DNA of 64,000 nucleotides from a virus, in the IMG/VR virus record IMGVR_UViG_3300009987_000001, positions 1 through 64,000 of that record; one strand, written 5' to 3'. Positions 10,070-18,875 of this stretch are shown here, in pieces (within the stretch, counting starts at the first letter, position 1; every line of letters starts with the position of its first letter). The notes beneath the pieces were generated by a model. The model was given only the letters and a program-made list of their open reading frames with translations. It had not been told where the DNA came from and did not search any database. The translations under genes and the position numbers were made by a program.

Positions 10070-10747
10070 TTATTCAGACTTAACGAAGGGCTGAGTGTAT
10101 TGGCGCCAGTACATGCCGATGTGCCCAAGGTCAACTGCATGGAATCCTTTTCTAGCGAGTCTAGCAGCGAGGACAGTTGCGGTAGGTCCGGCACAGAGAA
10201 TGACTCGTCGGGTAGCTTGCAAACATTGACGTTCAAGATCGTCGATTTTTGAATAGGCGTCGCGATATGGGCACTCCACGAAGTTGACGTCTGCGTCATG
10301 TGACCGCAAGAAGTCTGGTTTGAGAGACCGCACGCCGTTGCCGACGAGCGTTACTTTCTGGCCACGCCATAACGACTCCACCTTGTCGAAATACTCAGGA
10401 GTCGCAATCCATGGCGCACTGTCGGGCCGCGAGATGAAGGCAGAAACGTACTTCACCTTCGGGTTCAGGAAGCGCGCGTATGATGGTGCGTACTTCAGCC
10501 AGGTCTGCTTGCCGGCCGGATTCATCGTCGGGATGCCCACCAGACAACTCTTCGGCGGGTCCGTCAACAAGGCAGCAATCTCAACAGTGAGCTTGGGGTC
10601 AGCAACCTGCGAAATATTCTTCCGTCCCATGACATGGTTCATCTCGCCGTCGCCGTACCGCGCAATCGACTTCCCGGCAAGGACGAGCTCGAGAGTCTCG
10701 AGCTCGCCCAGTACCTTCGGATAGACAGCTACGTTCGATTTGCCCAT
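10070..10747 (-). CDS. GT-D-fold (DUF1792-like) glycosyltransferase, paralog 1
   Basis: SIARYGDGE...VSAFISRPD...VTLVGNGVRS...VILCAGPTATVLAARLA..GFHAVDLGHI matches the DUF1792/GT-D signature from memory. Confidence 0.7.
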   Translation of the reverse strand: MGKSNVAVYPKVLGELETLELVLAGKSIARYGDGEMNHVMGRKNISQVADPKLTVEIAALLTDPPKSCLVGIPTMNPAGKQTWLKYAPSYARFLNPKVKYVSAFISRPDSAPWIATPEYFDKVESLWRGQKVTLVGNGVRSLKPDFLRSHDADVNFVECPYRDAYSKIDDLERQCLQATRRVILCAGPTATVLAARLARKGFHAVDLGHIGMYWRQYTQPFVKSE

Positions 10748-10793
10748 TGACCTTTTGTACCTTCGTCAAACGCTCCGCGCATTTCAGCGAGCA

Positions 10794-13124
10794 TTACTTT
10801 GTGGATGATTGCTTGGACTTGCTCGCTTGACCGGGTTTCTGATTCGGCTGTGCAGGCGGTTTCGGCGGTTGGCTGAGTTTGATATTCATCTCGCTCATCC
10901 GATTCGCCTCTTTCAGCGCCGTCGTATCGCGTGCTGTTCTGAGCTTGGCTTGCTCGATGCCCAGTCGTGTGTATAGCTCCTCCATCGACAGTTGCTCTTG
11001 GAGCGCGATCTTCGCGTATTCGATCTCGCGCTGCAGCTCGAGCTTCGCCTGCTCGCGCTTGTCGCGCATTTCGTTGTCCTGCTTCCGGATCTCCAGTTCC
11101 AGCATCTTGACCTGGACATCTGGCGGTGGAGGCGGCGGGCCCTTCTTCTCTTGGTCGGCCGCCAGCTCCTCATCCGTCATGAAGAACCGAGTTGAATCCT
11201 CGAACCCGAGCGCTCCAAAGATTTCATTCGCGACGTTGATCGACTTCAGTCGCGGCCCCATGTCAGGCAGAGACGACGTGTTGGCAATCGCGAATACCAG
11301 GCGCTCGACGCGCCGCATTGGATCAGTGTTTCCGATGGCGACGTTCACACGCACCAACAGGTCCTGTTCCATCAAGTCGTCCGTGACTTGATCCGATCCG
11401 TAACGAATCCAGAGATCCGAGTTCTTCGCGGCGAGCGCAAGAATCGTCTCATCGTTCTCATAATACGTGATCAGCCGGTCAACTTGGTTCAAAACTTTGT
11501 CGAGCCAAGTCACAAAAAAGATCTTGACTCCGTAGTCCTGAACTGCTCCGGCCGATCCTGCAACCTGCTGCAGCCCCTTCGCTGTCTCCGCACCGCGCGC
11601 CTTGCTTGACATCTGGCCGGTCTGACTGAATCCACCAACGAGCTCGTCAAAGTCAGTTGCAAGTCTGTCTTGCTCCTGGTATGAGCTGCCGGTCACGTCG
11701 TTGGTCGTGATCTCCTTCACGTCCTTGTCAGGATCGTTCACCATGATCCCGCCGCCAGGCACGTTGCGAACCAGCGCTTCCAGGTCAATCTGCGAGCCTC
11801 GCCGGATCATCCAGCGCTTATTCAGCGCCAGCTTGATGTTGTCGTAGCGCAGGTTGGCGACTTCGTTGATTTCCGTCTGCAGCGGCGCCGATTGCTCGAC
11901 ATCGCCGGCCGGGTGATTGCGATGCGCCTCGATCGTCGAGTACCCGACCGCGAAGGGTCGCTCGCCGCGCCGAAGATGCTGGAACTCCGGCATTTCATGC
12001 AGCGGTACTGGATCAGTCAGCACGAACTGCGTGCCGAGCGTCCACCAACCATAGTCGATTCCGCCCTCGCGCGACACGTTCAAATGCGCCCACACCGTTG
12101 TGTGCTCGTCGCTGCCGCGCTGTTGGTCCACGGGGTCCGTGCGTTGGTTGCCTTCGCGCGCCTGCTTCGTGCGCTCGTTGTCGAGATGGTACTTCCGAAC
12201 GCTCAGCACCTGAGCCAGGTTGTATTTGCGCCAGGGATTCGGCTTGCCCTCGTCCATCATGTCGAGCACGTCACCCGCATACATCGGTCGCAACCAAATG
12301 AGGTACGGGCTCGTGTTCACCGGGTCCCGCCAATCAGCCATCGGATCGAAGCCAAAGTTCTCCGGCTCGATCAGATCGACCATCGGCCGGTCGGACATGA
12401 TGTGTTTCTTCTTGCGCATGCGCGGCTTGATCTCGCCGGTAGCAGGATCAGTGTCCGCCAGCGCCGTGCCTTGGTCGTCCGTCTCGAGTTCGTCTTCCTC
12501 GAGATACTTGTATTCCCAGTACTGCGCCGAGATACACAAGCCATAGACCTTAGTGTCCTGGTACGCGCCGATGACCGTCAAGAACCACGGCATGCCGGAG
12601 AGACGATGCTCGATGACCTTCTTGCGAATCTGCGCCGAGATCACCATGCGCTCGTTCGTCTTGTCGACTGGCTGCACGTCCACGATGTCGATCGTCGAGA
12701 AAATAGCTGCGGCCGCACTTGCTTCCTGCGCCTTTACGTTGCTGCGAGTCTTGGGCCGGAACGTACGGCTGCGACGCCAGTCCTTCTTGCGGTAGTTGCT
12801 GCCAGGCGCATGCTCGCCGCGGAAGTGGGCGATGTTGCGCTCCCACTGCCGCGTGACGTTCGCTTCCATGTACGTCGTGTAGTTCGAATAGATGGTCGTT
12901 GCTTTGCGCAGCGCCCAAGAGTCGCTGTCGGATTGCGGCAGCGACTCTTGGATTACATCACCCGGCGACTTGTCAGGCGACTCGTTGCCAGCCGACCCCG
13001 CGGCCTGCGCACCCCAACCGGCGAAATCCCCTGGAGGGAGATCATCCGGATTACGACCATAGCCTCCCGACTCGCTTGGTCGTGTTTGTTTGATTGCTTC
13101 CTTGCGCTCTCCCTCATTTGCCAT
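10794..13124 (-). CDS. Portal protein with long coiled-coil, Pro/Lys-rich C-terminal extension
   Basis: 776-aa ORF between terminase and head genes. Size and position are portal-typical, and the C-terminal ~130 aa is a charged coiled coil. Confidence 0.75.
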   Translation of the reverse strand: MANEGERKEAIKQTRPSESGGYGRNPDDLPPGDFAGWGAQAAGSAGNESPDKSPGDVIQESLPQSDSDSWALRKATTIYSNYTTYMEANVTRQWERNIAHFRGEHAPGSNYRKKDWRRSRTFRPKTRSNVKAQEASAAAAIFSTIDIVDVQPVDKTNERMVISAQIRKKVIEHRLSGMPWFLTVIGAYQDTKVYGLCISAQYWEYKYLEEDELETDDQGTALADTDPATGEIKPRMRKKKHIMSDRPMVDLIEPENFGFDPMADWRDPVNTSPYLIWLRPMYAGDVLDMMDEGKPNPWRKYNLAQVLSVRKYHLDNERTKQAREGNQRTDPVDQQRGSDEHTTVWAHLNVSREGGIDYGWWTLGTQFVLTDPVPLHEMPEFQHLRRGERPFAVGYSTIEAHRNHPAGDVEQSAPLQTEINEVANLRYDNIKLALNKRWMIRRGSQIDLEALVRNVPGGGIMVNDPDKDVKEITTNDVTGSSYQEQDRLATDFDELVGGFSQTGQMSSKARGAETAKGLQQVAGSAGAVQDYGVKIFFVTWLDKVLNQVDRLITYYENDETILALAAKNSDLWIRYGSDQVTDDLMEQDLLVRVNVAIGNTDPMRRVERLVFAIANTSSLPDMGPRLKSINVANEIFGALGFEDSTRFFMTDEELAADQEKKGPPPPPPDVQVKMLELEIRKQDNEMRDKREQAKLELQREIEYAKIALQEQLSMEELYTRLGIEQAKLRTARDTTALKEANRMSEMNIKLSQPPKPPAQPNQKPGQASKSKQSSTK

Positions 13125-13547
13125 TTACGTTCGGAACCTCCCGATTAGTTTGTATCCGTCCCGGATATTTTCGGACGCCATTCGGTAGTCCATGTTGAGC
13201 TCCAACAGCGGTCGCTGCTGAAATTGCTCTGCTTCGTCCTCGCGGTTGTTCACGTACCACGCAACGCCCCAACGCTCAGCTGCTTCCGCGCGAGTACGGA
13301 ATGAGCGGCCAAAGTCATAACGACCGGCTTTTGGTTTGTCCTTCCCTCGAATCTCGAACACGGTACCCTTCGGTAGCCGCTGCTCCGCTGCACTCTTCAC
13401 TGCCTGAATCGCGCAATGCACTACATGCGTGTTGTCGTGATGGCAATCGATTGCCTCCCCGTATTCGCCGTCTTCGAGTTCGGTGATCGGCTGGAGATCC
13501 AGCCGATCAAGCATTGATGGAGTCAACTCGGCTTCTCTGAGCTTCAC
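13125..13547 (-). CDS. Hypothetical protein
   Basis: 140-aa ORF. Its stop abuts the portal ATG, and a GTGA overlap links it to the upstream gene. Confidence 0.6.
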   Translation of the reverse strand: MKLREAELTPSMLDRLDLQPITELEDGEYGEAIDCHHDNTHVVHCAIQAVKSAAEQRLPKGTVFEIRGKDKPKAGRYDFGRSFRTRAEAAERWGVAWYVNNREDEAEQFQQRPLLELNMDYRMASENIRDGYKLIGRFRT

Positions 13548-14077
13548 GCGAACACCTTCTTGACTGGCGATTCCGGGGCCGCGTCCGGCGCGATGACGTC
13601 ATCCTTCACGTTCCGCGGCAACGCTTCGATCGTGTCCAGGTTGATGCGCGGCGCACGCGTGACGCCGTGCCGCTCGAGAATCTCACCCGCACCCTTGATC
13701 GCCAGCTGCTCGAGCTCAGGCAACGTACGCGCCATGCCGTTCTTGGTCAGCGCGACGTGGTAGCCCTTCGTGATGCTGACCGACGGGCAGACGATGACCA
13801 TCATGCCGCCTTTCGCGTCGACACCCACCGCCCACCGGCGTTTGGGGTAGGTCTTGTATAGCAGCGGCCCGATCACCTCCGCGAGCGCGTACTCGAGCCG
13901 TGCCTGAGCGATGTCGTCTGTAGTTGAGAAGTCGGCAGCGTTGTAGTTCTTCAGCGGCTCTTGGCCCTTCTGCTGCCCGATCACGTAGTGCTTCGCGCGT
14001 CGGTTACGTGCTACGCCTGAGTTGTCAGCGTATCCCGGCAAAATCAATCCGTCTTTAATGTTCAGTCCTCCCACCAC
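13544..14077 (-). CDS. Hypothetical protein (start uncertain)
   Basis: The track gives 13544..14140. GTG 14077/14074 or CTG 14065 (inside GACTGA of the upstream stop) would avoid a 79-nt overlap. Confidence 0.55.
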   Translation of the reverse strand: MVGGLNIKDGLILPGYADNSGVARNRRAKHYVIGQQKGQEPLKNYNAADFSTTDDIAQARLEYALAEVIGPLLYKTYPKRRWAVGVDAKGGMMVIVCPSVSITKGYHVALTKNGMARTLPELEQLAIKGAGEILERHGVTRAPRINLDTIEALPRNVKDDVIAPDAAPESPVKKVFA

Positions 14078-14532
14078 TTTGCTTTCTTCAGATTTTCCGG
14101 CTTGTTCTGCCCGAGCAACAACGAACCGTAGTCGTGACACACGATGCGTCCTTTGATACGACCCCAGTTCTTGACCTTCAGATCAGTGAAACAACTCGGC
14201 ACTTTCGGTGCTTCGCGTCGCAGCTCATTGATCGTGACTGGTATCGTCTTCGCCTGCACCAACCAATGGCCGCTGCGAGAGATGAACTTCACTGGCGCGA
14301 ACCACACCTTCATCTTGTCCCAGTGCTCGAACTCACGCCAAACTATCGCTTCACGCGCGTTCTGAAGCATCGACGACTCGCGCGTTGCGTCGAACTCCAC
14401 CTTGATAACGCAGTCGTCATTGAATTCATAGACAACTCGAGAAACACCCTTGCCGAGCTGTTTCCCACACATGACCGTCAATGCGTCATCTTTGATGAAC
14501 TGAGCCAAACTTCGAGGATCAATCTGTTCCAT
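14062..14532 (-). CDS. Minimal protein-kinase-like protein
   Basis: From MEQIDPRSL (GGAGG 5 nt upstream). The motifs GKGVSRVVY, VIKVE, TDLKVKNWG and CHDYG occur in kinase order and spacing. Confidence 0.55.
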   Translation of the reverse strand: MEQIDPRSLAQFIKDDALTVMCGKQLGKGVSRVVYEFNDDCVIKVEFDATRESSMLQNAREAIVWREFEHWDKMKVWFAPVKFISRSGHWLVQAKTIPVTINELRREAPKVPSCFTDLKVKNWGRIKGRIVCHDYGSLLLGQNKPENLKKAKWWED

Positions 14533-14545
14533 CGTGCCTCCGGCA

Positions 14546-16048
14546 TCAGTAGATGTCTTCCGGCTCGAACGACCCTTCGTTGTCGTCCGGTTCGAATGAC
14601 CGCTGCGTGATGTCGCCAAGAGGTTCAGCGAACGTCAGAGCAATGGCGTCCGCCTCGTCTGGTGACTTCAAGTCGCGCTTTTTCATGTCCTGCTTTCGCT
14701 CTAAGCGCAACCGTTCCTTGTCATCGAAGAAGTACTGCACCTGAATCAATCCTTCGTACAGATCCACCTCATCGGGGATATCTGCACCGTGCAGCCAATC
14801 GCGCATATCCACCCACATCTCTGCGCGTTTATCGGCGTGTCGTTCCGGTTCTCGTGCCTTTTCGCCGCCGTTGACTTCAATGATGTCATACCCAAGCATC
14901 CGAAGTCTATCGACGACTCCGGCGCCTACACCAACGACGTCAACAAAGATAGCAACTGGTTTGTATTTTCGAATCGCCACCGACACCTTGTGCGCGAACG
15001 ACATGAGATCCAAACCAGAGAACGTTTGGATCTCCAGGATCTTGCGTCCTTGCCGGACACAGATCGCAGACTTGTCGTCGCCGTACCGCGCGACATCCAC
15101 GCCGATGACGATCGGCATGAGGATATGTGCCTCGAGCGGCAGCTCGCGATGAATGGCGTTCGTCGCGAGCTCGGTGCTGATGAACTGCAGCGATGCCGAC
15201 CGCGGAAACAGGCCGCGCACGCGCACACGCACGGGGTCGGTATCCTCGCCGCCGTAAGCGTCGATCATCTCCTGGATCTCTTGCTTGTTCGTCCGCTTCG
15301 CTGTGCGGCTGTCGATCGACTTCGGCTTCCAGCGCTTGCGGTCCCTATGGAAGCAAGCATGGAATCGACCCTCGTTGCGTGTCGGGTTGCCGAACACCAA
15401 CCACAGTGTCGCGCCGTCGGTCATTGCGCCTTCCGTCACTTCCCAAATCTTGTCGGGAATACCGGAGGCTTCGTCGAAAATGATCAGCTTGAACTCAGAG
15501 TGCAACCCCTGGAACGCATCAGAGTTGTGTTCGCTGTTCGGAGTTGCCGAGATGTACCACGTGCTCGAGTGCCGCTTGTCCGCGTGCTCGAACTTAGTCG
15601 CTGTCCAGGTGAACCAATGCTTGTTGATCGCACGCTTGTGCCACAGGGACAGCTCGCGCCACGTCTTCGTGTTGAGCTGCGCCATGGTGTTCGCAGTGAC
15701 GGCGCCGTTAAGGCCGTGCCGGGTCGACATCGCCCAGATGATGATCCACGCCACGAGCGCTGTTTTCCCGATGCCGTGGCCGGACGCAATGGCTCGCCGC
15801 ACGTTCGCAGTCGGGTCTTTGCGAATCGCCTTGCCGAGCTCGATCAGGTAGTCACGCTGCCACTTGTCTGGCCCTTCTGGCCAATCGGCGAGCTCGCCTT
15901 GCCCCCACTCGAAAGCCCACATTACATAGCCGTAGGGGTCGTCGAAGAAGTCTTCGACGTCCGAGATCAGTTCATTCTCGAACTGCTCGTCTGTTAGTCC
16001 TTGGGGTTCCTCATTTTGAGGGGTCGTCCAACCAGTCGTCTTCGGCAT
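14546..16048 (-). CDS. terL: Terminase large subunit
   Basis: Walker A ASGHGIGKT, Walker B LIIFDEAS and a C-terminal nuclease-type acidic region. I chose start MPKTTGW (16048) so that the overlap with terS is short. Confidence 0.85.
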   Translation of the reverse strand: MPKTTGWTTPQNEEPQGLTDEQFENELISDVEDFFDDPYGYVMWAFEWGQGELADWPEGPDKWQRDYLIELGKAIRKDPTANVRRAIASGHGIGKTALVAWIIIWAMSTRHGLNGAVTANTMAQLNTKTWRELSLWHKRAINKHWFTWTATKFEHADKRHSSTWYISATPNSEHNSDAFQGLHSEFKLIIFDEASGIPDKIWEVTEGAMTDGATLWLVFGNPTRNEGRFHACFHRDRKRWKPKSIDSRTAKRTNKQEIQEMIDAYGGEDTDPVRVRVRGLFPRSASLQFISTELATNAIHRELPLEAHILMPIVIGVDVARYGDDKSAICVRQGRKILEIQTFSGLDLMSFAHKVSVAIRKYKPVAIFVDVVGVGAGVVDRLRMLGYDIIEVNGGEKAREPERHADKRAEMWVDMRDWLHGADIPDEVDLYEGLIQVQYFFDDKERLRLERKQDMKKRDLKSPDEADAIALTFAEPLGDITQRSFEPDDNEGSFEPEDIY

Positions 16049-16871
16049 CAGCACCTTGTGCCGCGGGCACTTCTTCGTATTGTGCTTCGAGCACCGGCCT
16101 TGTTTCGCTGGCGACCTTGCGTCGCCGCCGCGCTGCGGCCAGGCGCTCGGCATGGTTCAAGTTCAGCTCGACGTTCACGTTGTTCTGAACGTTCTGCTGC
16201 ACGTTGACTGTGGAGGTGCGATCCGACGTACGCTCGCGGTACTTCACCGGGTTCGCGGCGCCTGCCAGCTGCATACGGGCTTTGATCTGGAGTTCAGAAC
16301 GCCTGACCGCGGCAGAGTTTCCCTTGCCTTCCCAGTCCTCGTCTCGAGATCTGTCGTTCGAGATCTCGATCACCTCGTCGGCGAAGTGTTCGGCCCGCAT
16401 CTGCAGCGCGAGCTCGTACTCGTCCTTCACCTCGGGGTCGCGCAGCGCCAGGCGCAGGAAGCTGTTGCGATCCTTGCCGACCGATTCACACGCTGTACGC
16501 ACGCTGTGCGAGCCGTCCGCGATCTTGTTGCAGATCTCGGTGATGATGCTGCGCGGCCAGTTGATGCGACCGCCCTCGATCTTCGCCGCGTTCCACGCCT
16601 CACGCATCTTCGGCTCGGTGCGCAGCGCGCCGTCCACCGTTGCCGGCGAAATGCTCAGCGTTTTGATTGCCTCTTCGGGGTCGCTACCGAGCGCAATCGC
16701 GCCGAGGAGCCGCGTCCAGTTGTCGGGATTCAACGGCTCGAGCGGCGGCGCAGCGAGCGCTACCTCGAGCGCCTTTTGCTGCTTGGCTGCCAGTTGTTCT
16801 TTTGTGGGGCGCCCGCCACCTTTACGAACCGCAGGTTTGCGATTGGTCTTCGGTTCGTATGGCTTCTTCAG
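16011..16871 (-). CDS. terS: Terminase small subunit, probable CTG start
   Basis: C-terminal AAVRRSELQIKARMQLAGAANPVKYRERT is terS-like. The frame is open and protein-like (KKPYEPKTNRKPAVRKGGGRPTKEQLAAKQQ) for 46 codons upstream of the first canonical start (TTG 16733), back to CTG 16871. Confidence 0.6.
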   Translation of the reverse strand: MKKPYEPKTNRKPAVRKGGGRPTKEQLAAKQQKALEVALAAPPLEPLNPDNWTRLLGAIALGSDPEEAIKTLSISPATVDGALRTEPKMREAWNAAKIEGGRINWPRSIITEICNKIADGSHSVRTACESVGKDRNSFLRLALRDPEVKDEYELALQMRAEHFADEVIEISNDRSRDEDWEGKGNSAAVRRSELQIKARMQLAGAANPVKYRERTSDRTSTVNVQQNVQNNVNVELNLNHAERLAAARRRRKVASETRPVLEAQYEEVPAAQGADAEDDWLDDPSK

Positions 16872-17032
16872 TCAGCGAGTCCTCGGAACGGGTTGTGGTT
16901 CGGCCGCTCATACTTCTCGCTGCCGCGCGGCCCGCGATACGCGACGCGAATCGGTTCAGCCCCGGCGACAGCGAAGACGAGTGCGCGGATCTGGATCTTT
17001 CGCTTGCGTGGTCGGCGAATTCGATCTGCCAT
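16868..17032 (-). CDS. Small basic protein (54 aa), first gene of the packaging operon
   Basis: ATG 17032 is preceded by AAGGAGG (5-nt spacer). MADRIRRPRKRKIQIRALVF...FRGLAD. Its stop overlaps the terS CTG. It is below the 60-aa track cutoff. Confidence 0.5.
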   Translation of the reverse strand: MADRIRRPRKRKIQIRALVFAVAGAEPIRVAYRGPRGSEKYERPNHNPFRGLAD

Positions 17033-17265
17033 CTGTCCTCCTTATGCAAAGAAATGGAGCAGTGATCTTGCGATCACTGCTCCGCAGCTCGGTCCTTTCT
17101 CGCCTTGATTGGTAGTTGCTTTGTTGGCTTGAGGCGTGTGACCGCAGAACCGAATATACGCCGTTCGAAGATCTCTGCAAGGGGGCGGTGAGGGCCAGGA
17201 TTCGATACCTGGATCGCCGTGATTTAGGCCACGTGACTTGCTTTTAGTCGAACCTCACCAGTTGA

Positions 17266-17403
17266 TCAGAGCGGAGTGACGATCTCGTTGCCCAGGGGAT
17301 GACTCAGGCGTCCGTCAGTCGTCGGAGGCGAAGGCGGCACCGGCTCTTCGGTCGTGGCCGCATCGAACAAAAGCATCTGGAAGAACAGAATCAGAAACGT
17401 CAT
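17266..17403 (-). CDS. Possible 45-aa peptide with hydrophobic N-terminus
   Basis: AAGGAG lies 6 nt upstream of ATG 17403. MTFLILFFQMLLFDAATTEEPVPPSPPTTDG... Below the track cutoff. Confidence 0.3.
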   Translation of the reverse strand: MTFLILFFQMLLFDAATTEEPVPPSPPTTDGRLSHPLGNEIVTPL

Positions 17404-17424
17404 GTTTGCACTCCTTGTGTTGGG

Positions 17425-17465
17425 CTTTAAACAGCACGGTATCGGCGATACCGCGGTGTTTAAAG
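17425..17465. repeat. 41-nt inverted repeat (19-position stem, 2 mismatches, GGC loop)
   Basis: CTTTAAACAGCACGGTATCG-G-CGATACCGCGGTGTTTAAAG lies between the TrxR-like gene and the packaging operon. No U tract. It shares GTGTTTAAA with 19506-19536. Confidence 0.5.
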
Positions 17466-17647
17466 CGCGCTCACTCCGCTGGCCAGTCTCGTCACTACCG
17501 GCTTAGACGGATTTCATACGGAGCGAGCGCCTCTAAAATCTAGCCCTACTCCGGGGATCCCCGTCAATGGCTGTTAACCGGGGACCCCCGTTTCGGGGCT
17601 CTCACATCAACCCTCAAGGCGCTCAATTCTCAAGGGTCAAAACAAGC

Positions 17648-18856
17648 CTACACCCTTGCGAGGTACTTGTGAAGACTTGACACGACGGCCGCTCCTTCCC
17701 CTGCCGCCGTGGTCACGCGCTTCATGCTGTCGGCCCGGACATCACCGATCGCGAACACGCCCGGCATCGACGTCTGGAACAGCAGTTCTGCCGCTTCGCC
17801 AAAGTGTTGCGCTCGATGGCCCGTCAACACGAACCCGTCGTTGTCGCGGTCGATCGAGTTCGGCAGCCAGCCCGTGTTCGGTTCGGCGCCGAGCATCACG
17901 AACAAATGCCCTGCCGGCTCAGCGCCATTCAGACAGAAGCAGTTGTCTGGTTCCGTCTTCCGTTGCCAGTACACATGAGTCAGCTCACCGCATGCGCCAA
18001 CAAGCCTCGTGATGTTCGCCTGCTCGATCACGGTCACTGAGCTGTCCTTCCGGATGCGCTCGCTCAGGTAGCTCGACATCGAATCTTCGATCTGCTTGCC
18101 TCGCACGATCATCGTGACCTTGCAGCCGAGCCGGCACAAGAACAGAGCGGCCTGGCCAGCACTGTTGCCGGCACCGACGATAACGGCCGGTCGGCTACGG
18201 CACAGCTGCCCCTCCATCGGCGTTGCCGCGTAGTGGATGTTCGTGTTCTCGTACTCGGACCATCCAGGTACGTCGAGCTTGCGATACTTCGCGCCAGTGG
18301 CGATCACCACGGCTTTCGCCAGGAAGAAATTGTCCTCGAGCTGTATCACGTAGTGGTTGACGCCGCTGCCGAAAATGCCTTTGGCACACTCACCAATGGC
18401 AAACTTGGCGCCGAACTTCCTAGCCTGGGCGGCAGCTCGAGCGGCAAGTTGCCCGCCGCTGAGACCGGTCGGGAAACCCATATAGTTCTCGATGCGCGTG
18501 CTGGAGCCCGCCTGGCCGCCAGGGCCGAACTCATCGACGATAACCGAGGTTAAACCTTCGCTCGCCGCGAAGATGCCTGCAGCGAGTCCTGCGGGCCCTG
18601 CGCCGATGATTGCAACGTCCTGCACTTGACCATCGAACAGGCCGGTCGAATCGTTGGCTGGCGTCGGCATCAGGCCGAGCTCGCGTGCCACTGCTGCGAT
18701 GGTCGGCCGGACGATCATGTTCCGGTCGATGTATATGCGCGGCTGCGCCTCCTTGTCGCAGTCGTGGTTTCGGCGGTAGTGGAAGTTGTTCTGAGTCAGA
18801 AAACGCTGCAGCCGCAACACCTCGGCGGTGTCGCAACCCTCGATCATGATGTCCAT
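17648..18856 (-). CDS. Thioredoxin-reductase-like FAD/NAD(P) oxidoreductase lacking the CxxC redox pair
   Basis: VAIIGAGPAGLAAG (FAD), VIVGAGNSAGQAALFL (NADPH) and GVFAIGDV (FAD) are present. YAATPMEGQLC replaces the CATCDG site. There is an ~80-aa N-terminal glutaredoxin-like extension. Confidence 0.8.
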   Translation of the reverse strand: MDIMIEGCDTAEVLRLQRFLTQNNFHYRRNHDCDKEAQPRIYIDRNMIVRPTIAAVARELGLMPTPANDSTGLFDGQVQDVAIIGAGPAGLAAGIFAASEGLTSVIVDEFGPGGQAGSSTRIENYMGFPTGLSGGQLAARAAAQARKFGAKFAIGECAKGIFGSGVNHYVIQLEDNFFLAKAVVIATGAKYRKLDVPGWSEYENTNIHYAATPMEGQLCRSRPAVIVGAGNSAGQAALFLCRLGCKVTMIVRGKQIEDSMSSYLSERIRKDSSVTVIEQANITRLVGACGELTHVYWQRKTEPDNCFCLNGAEPAGHLFVMLGAEPNTGWLPNSIDRDNDGFVLTGHRAQHFGEAAELLFQTSMPGVFAIGDVRADSMKRVTTAAGEGAAVVSSLHKYLARV

Positions 18857-18875
18857 GTGAGCTCCTGTTGATGTG

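Noticed and set aside
16822-17180. Track ORFs 16822..17049 and 16956..17180 (minus strand)
   Set aside because: Both are Arg/Ser-rich and lack an RBS. The 54-aa frame from ATG 17032 has AAGGAGG and couples to terS.
17181-17220. tRNA-like T-arm (CCAGG-ATTCGATA-CCTGG)
   Set aside because: The loop has 8 nt, and no matching acceptor, D or anticodon arms could be built on either strand.
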